This document shows, in pieces, positions 14,801 to 26,000 of a stretch of DNA of 64,000 nt (position 1 is its first letter; the number at the start of each line of letters is the position of its first letter). The stretch is from positions 62,001-126,000 of the forward strand of contig NMRA01000220.1 in the NCBI GenBank assembly GCA_002633005.1, in the 5' to 3' direction. Made by a program: the position numbers and the translations under genes. The stretch is from Phoronis australis (lineage: Eukaryota > Animalia > Phoronida). A model generated the notes under the pieces. It had not been told where the DNA came from and did no database searches. It saw only the letters and a program-made list of their open reading frames with translations.

Positions 14801-15637
14801 GGGGTTAATAATATTACTTGAACCACAAGATCCTGTTTGTATTTTATTGATCCTTTTATGTTTGCGAGGTGGTACTAACCCCGGAACTGTAGGTAACGGC
14901 TTGACAGTGACACAGACCCATATGGCGCTGGGACGGGTTGCGTCGGCACGTCCAGTCAATTTTCGTGCACATTTGACTGCAGTAACGCCACATGTTGGCC
15001 GTTTTAGGTTTTAAATAGATACTGCTCGTCTGTTTCTTATTGACAGAAAAGTTTTTCAAATTTTGATGAAAAGTGACATGTGACATTTTAATTGAGATGC
15101 GCCGGCATCAAATGATTATTGTACAATTTGGAGTACCGTAGCACCACCTGTTGACCATTTTATTCTCTGACAAACTTTTGCTTGGCCGTTGATTATTATT
15201 ATCATTTGACAGGTTACTTGATGTACTTTGACATAGAGGTGTATGGATTGAGTGCCCTATCACCAGCCATGTTCAACTTTGATATTGTAGTGTCCAAGCT
15301 CTATTGCATGATAACCATGAACACCTGTCAGAAGCATGTTGTTTGCGGTGTGGCAGTGGGGCTTTTCAACGCGTTGAATTGCTCTTCTATTACAAGCACG
15401 TCTCAGTTCATCGATGGCTGCATTCGTTCATTTCAGTTTTACCTCATTTTCAACGTGGCAGTCGCTGGCAACTTTTTCCCGGACAACGTTCCCAGCGGAA
15501 ACCACAGGAAACCCTGGAAAAATAACGAACGAAATGGACAGGCCAAGTTTTGGGCCGCCAAAAATGACTGGTACCCCACCTGGAGGGGAGAGGACGCCGC
15601 TATGCAGGTCGACTACGTAAAAATTTGGGGCTATTGA
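2831..15637 (+). CDS. Secreted GH16 endo-beta-1,3-glucanase / beta-1,3-glucan-binding protein (LGBP-like), 10 exons, 345 aa
   Basis: Exons 2831-2879, 5359-5459, 6230-6304, 9430-9490, 10124-10294, 11424-11501, 11884-11986, 12790-12861, 14331-14457, 15437-15637; all GT-AG, phases consistent, total 1038 nt. Signal peptide MRFIILTLLAAQCLA, then family motifs [98 protein letters not shown] at 15723. Confidence 0.95.
3800..3960 (-). mobile_element. THAP-domain-like relic (DNA transposon derived)
   Basis: Minus-strand translation QCCAVGCTN...NTFPSAKMYP resembles the THAP N-terminal C-x-x-x-x-C and FP motifs; the C-terminal C/H residues are not seen. Confidence 0.35.
4275..4306 (+). repeat. AATAAA followed by (CTA)n microsatellite, possible 3' tail of a retroposon
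   Basis: AATAAAGTGTATTACTACTACTACTACTACTAA. Confidence 0.5.
4639..4790 (-). mobile_element. hAT-like MITE, copy 1
   Basis: Termini GCTGTAGTGG...CCACTAGAGC; flanked by (A/C)TTAGAAT on both sides (8-bp TSD-like); interior is the reverse complement of 17012-17174. Confidence 0.7.
5596..5880. mobile_element. MITE-like element with GTCCACACG / CGTGTGGAC inverted ends
   Basis: CCGTCCACACGAA at 5596, TCGTGTGGAC near 5868, internal palindrome AAAACGTATACGTTTT. Confidence 0.5.
7020..7500 (-). mobile_element. Degraded hAT transposase C-terminus (hATC dimerisation domain, PRKRIR/ZMYM-like family)
   Basis: Minus-strand pieces PLKPRVCG, VMNHLETRFS, SLVPS, YIADLPSPNMVDDELLRWRIKF, LRRLYTFTHVCMNEDHLLAFTLIHIYYNLPIDLSKVV and (frameshifted) FARKHRR follow the order of the hATC consensus; there are deletions and frameshifts. 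Confidence 0.75.
8136..8264. repeat. Near-perfect palindrome with ~55-bp arms
   Basis: TATAAAATAGTAAAACTAGTAAAACTAAAACGACGAGCGTCGGT.CTAAAATATATT is mirrored by AATATATTTTAG.ACCGACGCTCGTCGTTTTAGTTTTACTAGTTTTACTATTTTATA. Confidence 0.9.
8466..9350 (+). mobile_element. 5'-truncated Penelope-like retroelement (end of RT region plus GIY-YIG endonuclease) in intron 3 of the glucanase
   Basis: GLIKTLIDRVYRINNTW (post-RT region, broken frame); VVYKF..GCGSSYIGETVRHLKTRTKEH...LKIREALHISWCKPNLNRQ (8818-9165) is the Penelope GIY-YIG signature; ~43-bp direct repeat at 8466-8510 and 9308-9350 (pseudo-LTR remnant). Confidence 0.9.
9250..9294 (+). ncRNA. Minimal type I hammerhead ribozyme in the Penelope 3' pLTR
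   Basis: CTT-CTGATGA-T-GGTGT(loop)ACACC-GAAAC-AT-GTC-AAG: conserved core CUGAUGA / GAAA / GUC, 5-bp stem II, palindromic ACATGT stem III, 3-bp stem I (CTT/AAG). Confidence 0.8.
10841..11151. repeat. 29-bp minisatellite, ~10.7 copies
   Basis: Unit GATATTGATGTTCAAGATGAAGTTTGTGT, in intron 5 of the glucanase. Confidence 0.95.
13586..13712. repeat. Fragment of a dispersed repeat ending in a ~30-bp-arm hairpin; related copies at 43904-44160 and 44896-45160
   Basis: AATTTGAGACCAATTTATAACGGTAAGTA / TACTTACCATTGTAAATTTGGTCTCAAATT; the motifs TGCTTTCTG and AATTTG(A/C)GACCA recur in the other two copies. Confidence 0.55.
14496..14635. mobile_element. Small MITE-like element
   Basis: CGTTCAGTAGACGCTAGGACCT ... 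AGGTCCTAGCGTTACTGAACG inverted ends. Confidence 0.6.
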
Positions 15638-17011
15638 GATGTAAAACGTGTTCAAAGATAGATATTACTCAAAGCATGTTGCACTTTAAATTTTAGTTGA
15701 AATTAAATTGTTGTGAAAAAACAATAAACTGGTAATGTTAACATTTATCTTCCGAGCTTCTCTATATTATACCCACTGGCTACACGGGGCCCGCTCTACG
15801 GGCTCTTCAACCCTTCCGTGAAATTCTAATTCGTTTGAACAAGAATTGTGAAAAATTGCGGATAATACTGATGCAGAGCTGGATTAGAACACAAAGCGTT
15901 TGTAAAAAGCGCGTTTTCCTTCGGCAACAATTAGGCTTAAAATTCTATTAATTCTGTTGAAAAGGAGTCTTGTGAAAATCATTAGTTGAGCACAAAAAAT
16001 TACGGTTGAATAGCTTTACAGCGTGGAAATTCCTTTTAGTTTTTAACTTAAATAAAGAGGAAAGATTACCTGCAGGGACTTTCTCAGTTATCCTTTCGAT
16101 GTCGAGAAATCGTCGGATAGGCACTGACGTACCGTATTACCTAGGATACAAGCCATGGCCTTATAGTCCTGGTAATAGATTTGTCTCGGGGTACTTATGA
16201 GCTTCGAAAAGTCTCTCTAGAAATCTTAATAACTTATACGTTTCGGATACGATTTTCTCCAAATTGATAAGTGTCAGAGACCTGCAATAAATGTTAACTT
16301 CAGAGCCTATCTGTGCGTTTTTCCTGCATCCTGAAAATGGATAAGCTGAAGTTCTCTTTTAATGTCGGCCTAACTCAGCAGTTCTCTCATTCCCACTTCA
16401 GGGTGGGGACACACTGACTACTACTTCACCTCATGGAATATTAAAATCATTGTCTTCCTGAAAGCAAAATAGAAAAAAATAACATACATACACCGAGGTA
16501 CTAGTGAAATTAAAAATATAAGGAAAAAAGAAAACGAACCAACCAAACTGCCAAATATACTAACTGTGACAAGACCCACATTTTAACTATATAACAACTT
16601 CATATAGTTATACATATAGTAACCGTTTAAGTTTTTGTGTGTTAGCCTGATCTTTTGTATTAGGTTATCCTCTTGTAATTATTTATTCGGGTACTGTTAC
16701 GGACACTATTTACCCAACCAGTCGGCCAATGAAATAAGCCGACTTATACTATGTGCGCGACAAGTCGGCCAATGAACGGTTTCTTGCTATTCACAAGACT
16801 TTTCGAAGTCGTTACTGGTCAAGATAACGTGACAAAGTTGTTGGCCAAAGAAAGGCGTTTTCGCCTGCATTGACCCGAAATTGCCTCAAGTCTATTAGGT
16901 ACGTTCCGCCCTTGTTTTCTGGATCCAAATTTTGCTATCCAATGACCAGAGAACAACATTCTCATTGGTCAAAATAACGCCACAGTTTTCAGGGCAGAAA
17001 TGATCTATTCG

Positions 17012-17174
17012 CAGTGCTGTAGTGGTAAACTTAGAGGTACACTGTAAGTAGGCGCCCAAAGCCCACCGTATCACCTTCGGCACTGAGCGTAACTTACGAT
17101 GCGTAGGCGCTACGTTCAAATGCCAAAAGGTGGTTGGATGCGCCTACATGCGCCTACTTCCCACTACAGCACTG
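17012..17174 (+). mobile_element. hAT-like MITE, copy 2
   Basis: Perfect 14-bp TIRs CAGTGCTGTAGTGG / CCACTACAGCACTG; flanks TCTATTCG / GCTATTCA (degenerate 8-bp TSD). Confidence 0.8.
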
Positions 17175-18479
17175 GCTATTCATTTGACACGTCGAACCAA
17201 AACCGAAACGATTTTTAACGCTATTCACCAAACAGGCGCAATCGTCCGAATGGTGGTGTTTTTTTTATATCTATCTCCCGACGTATAAAAGTTACTTGGT
17301 GGACACAATTCCATGGCTGCGCCTCTAAATGCTAAATCACTACAATTCTCTAAACCCCAGTCTTGCTGACCAACAGGCACGTCACTAAAACCGCGGTACA
17401 AATTCCCAGACCCTCGTCCTTGCACTCCACTCAAGCGCCTGGACCAGATTCCAATTCACCCGGATATTTGAGGGTGGGTGATTTCAATGTCATCCTTTAG
17501 TTCACACCGGAGTTATGAAAAGTGTTTTTTATAGGTATCTGTTTTGCCTGAGTTGTGCTACGAGCTATGTCGCAGATTAAATGGAGAAATGAGTGAAGAG
17601 GGTAACTAGTCGGCATAGTGGCTTAGAATTTTGTTGGCCATTGTAAATGATGGGTGTCGATCATTCTCACATAATAAGTATTTTGAAATTGATGTGTTAG
17701 GTCAGTGACAGCAATTCTTTGTGAACCCTGCTCATAGTAAACAACTGCCCCGGTTAACCCTGGTAAGCAAACACAGCTTAACAGACGTTTAATGGTACTG
17801 GCTGAGAAGATAATTGAATTATTTCCCCCTGTGGATAAGGGAATAGGCAAGACCCGAATGATGGGAATGTTGTCTTGGCGCATTTGCTTTAACCAGTCTG
17901 GTTCTGTCGTCATCTTTACTGACTTGTTTATTCACACAAGCTTGATTTCCATATCGAGCGTTAGAATTTATAATTTGAATTCCTTTTTTGGAAGCGTCCC
18001 TTAAATTCTACTTTTCAGATCCACTTCACTTGATATAAGATATAAATACTTTGTAAAATCATAGAACTTTAGCTCTGGAATGCCAACTTCGATCTCCCGC
18101 TGTATAGGTTCCGCCGCGCATGCGTAGAATTTGTTTGCATTATTTTTTTCCGGTGTAGATTATTGCTATTTGGAATTTATTGCCAATAAAATTTTTCGCA
18201 ACTCCTCCGTTTTTCAACCGAATTGGCTAAAATTCATATCATTAGGAAGCCTTTTATCAGTTCTTGACGATTTTACCAGAAGCAAAAGAAAAAAGATTTT
18301 AATTTATTAGTAAGTATCATTTCGCATAGTTAACTGATTAAAAATAATTTTTAATTCTAAAAACCAAGAGTGTTACCAAAATGTGAAAACTAACAAGGAA
18401 AGGGACCAGAGATGTTATATTAATGACTAACTAAACCAACAGGGAAATAATTTCAATGATTTAAAAGATTTCCACGCTA

Positions 18480-18895
18480 GAAAGACAAAGCTTTTTGAAT
18501 GCGGATCCCTCACAATTGCTGTGGATAATTTAGTCAAGCATTCATCCAAACTTACCTATCTTTATATATTATAATTAATTGGATCTTTGGTGCCGTTTGA
18601 CACAATTACATTCTTCAATAAAAATTCAGAATGCAGTGACATTGACGAAAAACGCGATAAACTAATTACTCCAAGCATCTGTCCGCTCATAAAGGCTTTT
18701 GATAGATAAAAATGGGCAAACTTCTATCACTTGCTTCGAAATCTACTCTGGGTTGCTCATTACATTAGTTGCAGTGTAGGACTTTCCACAGATGTTTAGA
18801 AATATACTCATTTCTTCAGAAAGTAAAAATTAGTGATCCTGATACATGTAGCGTTTGTTACATGTAATTTAAACAGGAGAAATTGGAACACAGAG
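18480..18895 (+). mobile_element. Highly degraded non-LTR retrotransposon ORF2 C-terminus (zf-RVT-like)
   Basis: FHRCLEIYSFLQKVKISDPDTCSVC...EKLEH resembles the L1/Tx1-type C-terminal CxxC..H knuckle region; multiple stop codons. Confidence 0.45.
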
Positions 18896-19812
18896 GTACG
18901 ATTGCTATGCTGCTAAAGAAACACGGACTCTGGAAAGCAACAATATTCATAACAAACAGACATTTTAAGCACCTGATGCATAATTGGCAACATTCACCAA
19001 CGAAAAAACAGAACAACTGTATTGAAAAGCAGGACTTCCGGATAAAAAGCGGGACATCTGGGTCTAAACCAAAACGAAAGGGTGAAATGTTCGTGGCAAA
19101 ACACAAAAACGTCCCGACCGCGTTTTTTCTCGAACGGCAGATGTAACATCCAACAATTCTCGACGGCGTTTTTTTTAGTTGAATGTGAAATTGCTCAAAA
19201 GTCCGTAAAACGTCCCACTTTTTCATTTTAGTCGAGCGCCGGGTAAATGATGGCTAAATGACATATGTCACGTGGAAAATTTCAATGGTATGTCAATTTG
19301 GCCGTGTGCCAAAAGCGAGACATCTTGATGAGGTGGTGCGATGGCGGGAAAAAAATTCAAAAAGTGGTTCAGTTGTCGCAACTCCGACTTTTTTGGAATG
19401 TCCCAGAGGAGGCGTCACTCTCCTCCATTACAAATCTCAGCTCCGGTTACTGTGTGATGGAAGACGGGTTTATAGTAGCTCAAGATATGCAAAATTGGGA
19501 AATTGTCAGCCATGAAAGGCCAGAAACTATTTATCACATCATCAAGAAACAGTTCGAGATAAGTTTTATATCGGTAGGTTTGCAAATCAAAAGTAGACTC
19601 ATTGTAAGAACGCGATGTGCAGCCAGTTAAAAAGGGACAGTTTTAACTTCAATCAATAGATGTCGCAGTAAACATTCAGGGAGTGAAGTCCGAATAGGAA
19701 GCCACGCAGTTAAATAAATTGTGATTGCAGTAATGTATGTTGCTAATATGATGATCACAGTTACTACCATAGTAAATGATATTATAAACTTTCATTTTTC
19801 CCAGAAATATAA

Positions 19813-19863
19813 GTAACATGGTAACTACCCTGTAACATAAGATGTGACGTCACATTGTATTGG
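19813..19863 (+). promoter_or_regulatory. ZNRF proximal promoter motifs: X-box-like site, CRE palindrome, inverted CCAAT
   Basis: GTAACATGGTAAC (19813), ATGTGACGTCACAT (19842-19855, contains TGACGTCA), ATTGG (19859); 160-200 nt upstream of the ATG. Confidence 0.5.
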
Positions 19864-20019
19864 TGAAGAGTCAAAACAGAGAGTTGTGGACTTTCGAAAT
19901 GGATATTTTCTTGTGACGATTACGTTTTTTTAAGACCATGGATAAGATTTTGTTTGTGCATACGTAGTGATCAAGTCAAGGTTTCGTGATTCTCGCGAAG
20001 AATTACCCCTGTGAAGACA

Positions 20020-23000
20020 ATGGGAGCCAAACAGAGCTCAACACCGCCGCAGAGAGTGAGGAGTTATTCCCATGGCGGACAAAGCTCTACTAGTGGTGAA
20101 GTTGGGGGGTTAATTTATCACAGGGGACCCAGTACATCCAATGGTGCTTCCGCGTTAGACCGCAGGACGAGGACGCGGAGTGTAGGAAACTTCACGAATG
20201 GCTTGCATGAACATGCGCTTAATATACCCACTGGTTTAAGGCCATCTGGCCAGGACTCAGATTCCAGTACCCCCGAAGAGCACAGTGGACTCTTCCGTTT
20301 CATGCAGGCTCGTTCATTGCCAGTGCATTTGTTCAGTGCTTTGCATCATGGTAAGACAGTTGTGTCTGCCCACGAAATCTTCATCTATGTCTGCATTACC
20401 TATTTATACCCAGCACAATATTTGTTTGTCTGGGTATTCCTCTGTGAGTTATTGATCGCACCAGTGTTGGCGTGGCCAAAATTGATCGAGTTCTTTTGTT
20501 TGACCAAATACTAAATCACTATTTCAAAAGAGCTATTTCCAAGGATAATTCAGGCATGTCATATTGCCCCGTTCTAGTGCCCACTTGTATTTCTTTGTAT
20601 GAAACTCTTCCACAACATTCAGCAACGTTCTTTTTCCTAGATCTAATCTCTGAACTTGTATCTTGAGGGTTGTGTGAATGAGACTTACTTTAACCAATCA
20701 CGGTGCATGGTTCAAGTTAAAATTTTGTAACTTTACTCAAAGTGTTACATGCAGTTTTTGAGTTAAGTTTCGAGAACAGAAGTTAGAACCCGACCAAGGT
20801 TGTTCAATGCTTGGGTCACTGAGGTATGTGTTCAGGCATTAAGTTACATCATGCTCATTTCAAGCAATATGATTTCAAATGAATTTTGTCAAAAAGTACG
20901 CTAGGGCCCGATTTGGTGACCTGGAGATTTTGTTTTCTGACCTTGCAAAAATCCCAAGTCATCACGAATCCACCACGCACATATCCGGGACTCGAAATCG
21001 TTGGCTAAAAAACGGAAAGGCCTGCACGTGACTCGCTCACTGATGTGCATTGCGTATCCCTTAGGTAGCTGGTGAGCGTGTGCAGTGTGCAGGATAATGG
21101 GCCTGAAGATGAAATTGGCTATAACTGAGCATGTGATACAGACCTAATTTCTTGTGTGACTGAAAAAACAGTGGGCATTTGCTCAGTCTGCCAGAGCCAG
21201 TTCGATTTTGAAGTCGTGTAATCCACATTCAGGCAATCCATTTTTTGCACCTCTGTCTACAGGATTTCCTTGTTTTGGTGACCTCAGTTTCTGTTAAGCG
21301 ATATGCGAATTTTGCCAGTTCACATGTTGATGAGCCTTGTACATAAACTTTGTCACAGATGAGTACGAACTAGGTCACTTAAGTTAGGCTTTACCTATTT
21401 CAGTGTAGAATTTGAATTAATTATTTGATTCTTTATTATTTGTACATGATAGCTCTTTTACACCACCTTCGGTGCACAACAGTTTCTAGGAGTTAAAGGT
21501 TAACTTCACTCTTGGATCAAAGTTAAAATCTGAAGTTAATTTCTCAGTGTACAGGTGGATTTAGTAGCATTGATGCTTTGATGTGGAGTGAAAGATTAAC
21601 TTCGCTGTTTTTGGAGTTATCGGCAGGTGTCGCTATCAGTGACACGTGTTGTGGTATAATTTGATATTTTTCCCACAATGTGCCAATTCCATGTGACTCG
21701 TGTTATATTTCATGCCCACTTTCCAAACATTGTTTCTTAGTGTCTGGTACACTCAGATATTTTGCACAATGTGCCAATTCCATGTGACTCGCGTTATATT
21801 TCGTGCCCACTTTCCAAACATTGTTTCTTAGTGTCTGGTACACTCAGATATTTTGCACAATGTGCCAATTCCATGTGACTCGCGTTTTATTTCATGCCCA
21901 CTTTCCAAACATTGTTTCTTAGTGTCTGGTACACGCAGATATTTTATGAATCCAATTGTTGAATACCAGAACCCATTTCTGTAAGGTATTGAATGAAAAC
22001 AACGAAAGTGGAAAATATTCACCAACTAGGCTTTTATTTATGTCTTATTAACACGTGACTCCTGTTACATAAAAAGGCAAGTGGAAGCACCTTAAAGTCG
22101 TATCAAATTCTCCTCAAGCAATAAATAATAATAATAATTGGATCAATATGTGCCATTTGTTAACAACTAAAAAGGCGAAAAAATACATAGAAAATGATTG
22201 ATTTTATTCTAAAGGTGTTACATAAGTTATGGGACTCGCATTGATTGTTAAATTGTTAAAAGGATTTTGAATGGAGTCATTTCATGAATGTTTACTGTGG
22301 CCATCAACTGCAGCTATCTCAATTATAAAGTTGCATCAAAATTTGACAATTTTCCCTTTTGCATTCTCATTTCATTTCTGTTCATTTAGTAGTGATGTTC
22401 CTCTATTAGCAAAGGAAAGTTTGTTAGATGAGGACATTTTAAAACAGTTTCATTTTATGTTCATTTTTGTCTGTCAAGGAAGTCTACCCAACGTCCTAGA
22501 CTCTAGATGCTTGACATTACTTAGAACTCTTAATAAACCACTGGAACATTCCCAGTTGTCATGTTGAAGGAAATTTGCTCAGGACTTATTTTATGTGAGT
22601 TTAAGTGATTTTTCTTGAACTTGTCTTTGGCTTTTAAACTTTGTCATCCACTGTGCAGCTAGTTATAAAGAGTGTTCAAATTCCTAGTTTGTTTTTAATC
22701 ACAGGACATGCTGAAGGGTTGATGAGTGCAGATTTAACCCATTTGACTCTGATTAAAATCGCAGGTTGGGTTAGTGGAAGTCAGCCATTGGTGTAGATTC
22801 ATAGTCCAGGTTCAAAAGAGACAAATGAGTGATGGCATAAGTTTAGTACAATTCCACAGCACTTATAATTAAAATGATTTTTAATGTGTATTTACTGCAG
22901 TGCGTCAATGCAACTATGCCACTGTTTAAAACCACTGATTCAGCGCCTGAATTTCCTAATCAAATTTTAGTGGTCATTAAGACCGCACCGTTCTCATTGA

Positions 23001-26000
23001 GGAAACACTGCTTGCATGTAAAACCGAGAAGGAAGTTCCCGCTGAAAATATTTGGAAACTATAGCTGGTGAAAACAGGGAAGTGAACTCTTGAACTTTTG
23101 GCTGCGTCAACCAGTACCAGGGCACTGAGCAACCATACTAATTATTGTTAAACTGTTATGCAGTATGGCTGTATTCTGGTCTGACTTTCACAAAACAGCA
23201 TAATGCAGAACGGTTGTAAACAGGTTGCACAGATAGCAAGAGATCTAAAACTTAAACATGTTAACTATGATTGTACACCTCTTTAACAACCCTTGGTGAA
23301 AATGAAAGATAGCAAACATGTAACTTTTTGAAATTTCTCTTTTGTGTAAGAAGGTATGTTCCTGCTCACCTCAGAAACTCATCTGCAAAATATGTGATGT
23401 AAAGGGATTTATCAAACTGGTTTGTGGCAAAAAAACATTGAACCTTGTCAATTTTCCACCTTATTAGGTTTTAGATAGTAGAGCTATTCTCTATTGATTG
23501 TTCCAGGATAACATTCCTTTTGACAGAACTTTACAAGTCTTGTCTTTGTCCACTTGAGTCATGCTGTGAGCTGTTCTGCATCTCCCTGACGTCCTGGTGT
23601 GCTAAATGAGTCATTAAGTGTATATCTCTTAGCTAACACTTGACTCAGAATGTAAGTCTTACTGGCTACTCAAGATGGTATTCCCTCAGCGTCAACCATT
23701 GCACTTATCGACACGTAATTAATCAAGGTTGCTTTTATGGATTGCCAGAGTCTATTTCCAGAGTCTATAAGGTGAAAATACAAATGCTTATGACAAAAGC
23801 GCGAAATGTGCTAAGTGTCAGAATCAAGGAAATTTTTAGCTGGACTTATTGTCAAACGAAATGGGGTTAACAACACAAATTGTGCAAAGCTCAGTTCTGG
23901 CAAGAGATTTGCCAGTGGACAAATTCTTGAAGCCATAAATATGATAATTAGTTTTTTACAAATGTCCTCAAGATACTTTACTGTGCAGAGATCAGATTTG
24001 ACTCTAATAAATGGGGATGTAAAATCCGGGGACTGCTGGTTAATTTCAAAACGAATTTTGTTTTAAATCAAATTGTGTTCTCGATTTTACATCGTCTTAG
24101 ATGTCTTGACCTTTTATTTAATGCCTTTTTATGTGGGATATGTGCAAGTGGTGTTGTTGTTTTATTTTCTGGATTATAAGTTTCTGAAACTATTACTAGG
24201 TACGGCAAGTGCGCGTTCTAAATTTACATTTTCGATTCATGTTTAAATCAGTTCAACTCCTTTCAGGACCAAAATTTGGCTATGTAAAAAGTTGAACTGA
24301 TTTAATCACTCTTGTTTTATTAGCGTAGAAGCATTTGCTAATCGAATTAGTCTTTAAACTACATTAGTGATTACAAGTTGGAAATAATCCAACCCAAAGC
24401 TTTACATCTCCGTGTCAAGGCGCAGTCAGTGGAAGAACAATATTAGAACATGCCGAAGCCCGTTATCAAATTCTTATTCCTCAATTGATAGTGATATTTG
24501 CTGTAACTGATGGAAATTTGATTTGTGTTGAGGATGGAATATTTTCATCACGTGCCCTAGTCTATTTATTGAGATAATTATGCAGGTCTTATTGCACAAC
24601 CACATCTGTGGGCTTATGGATATTATAAGGCATTGAACATTATGCATTATTTCACTCCTTAGCAGGGTCCAGGATTTTAAAAAGCGGTACGCACTAACTT
24701 TCTAAATAAGATTGCAGATGTTTTTCTATAGATAAACTGCGCCAGACTCTGTGGAGGCCACATGACTGCACCCATTGCACTTGCTGTGAGGGGTGGGGGT
24801 GGAGTTGTAAAGCACCCCAGTATCCACTGGATTCAACTCTTATGGATTGGGAGGCAAAATGCGAACAAAATTTCACTTGAAGCTGCTTTTCACGCTGTTA
24901 AGCTGTCGAAAAAAGGAAAATCGATCTGGGCATTTCACTGTCCTATAGTTAACTTTTTAATATTCCTTACCATTACTGTTACGGAAAATGAATCCTATGA
25001 TACTAGGTCTTTTCCATTACCATTTCAAGTTACAGGCATTGTATACATGAACCATTTTCGAATTTGCAATTTTAGAGTCAAGTATTACTTCTGTTTTGCC
25101 AGAAATATTTTTCTGATGGCCGTTTCAGCAGAAACCATGGAAACAGTGCACCATAAAATCTTTAAGTATTTATTTAACTGGTAGTTCACAAAGTTGACTT
25201 ATTGAAAGTCCTCTATTCCTTGACATTATTGGGTTTGTGATCATATTCTAAATTAAAAAATCTACAAAAATCAAACGCAAAATGCTCTTGATATTCCAGT
25301 TGCCTGAGATGCTGTACAGTAATTCCAGCTCTAATCAGTGTAAACAATAGGCAGGGTCTCTATAGTGTAGGAGCACATCCTGAAAAATGCTTTGATATAC
25401 TGTGGATCACAAATATGATACATGCTGTGTGTTTTGCATGGCTGTTATCTCTGATGTGAAACTGTGCTCATGTATTTAAATATGGATAGTCCCAATCATA
25501 TCTGTAGTAAAGCTGGACATAAAAGATAAGGTTTCAAGACTTGAATAACCCAGTACAATACGGGAGCATGCTGTATACAGGTATCCCAATGCATTGGGAT
25601 GATATCACACTGGGTTAAGGGTTGCCACCCCGAATTTAAGTGGCCATGGTTTTTTACACTCGATTACAATACCCTACGGTTTATTACGAATGGATATTGC
25701 AAGGTGATTTTTAACTGTTTGGGTTCCCAAATTGAATTCCTCTTGAAAGTTAGATTAGGATGATTTCTCCCCCCAAAATATCAAATTTTAAACCAAAAAT
25801 GATTTAATTCTTGCCTTCGGCAGGTAGGTCAGCAGCCTCGCGTTCGCTCCTATACAGATTCACTTGTTACTAGTAGCATCTGTCGTCTGAATACTTGCTA
25901 TTTTATATCATATAATTATTTAAGTCATGCCAGGAAAGTATTACTTCTGTGCCGTTGGCTGCAATGCCGATTCAAGGAAGTGGGATAAGCTGGATAAATA

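Noticed and set aside
19258-19630. Overlapping 85 and 121 aa ORFs upstream of ZNRF
   Set aside because: No recognisable domain or splice structure.
20985-21000. tRNA/SINE B-box-like motif on the minus strand
   Set aside because: No A-box or cloverleaf can be built; no tRNA or rRNA genes were recognised in the window.
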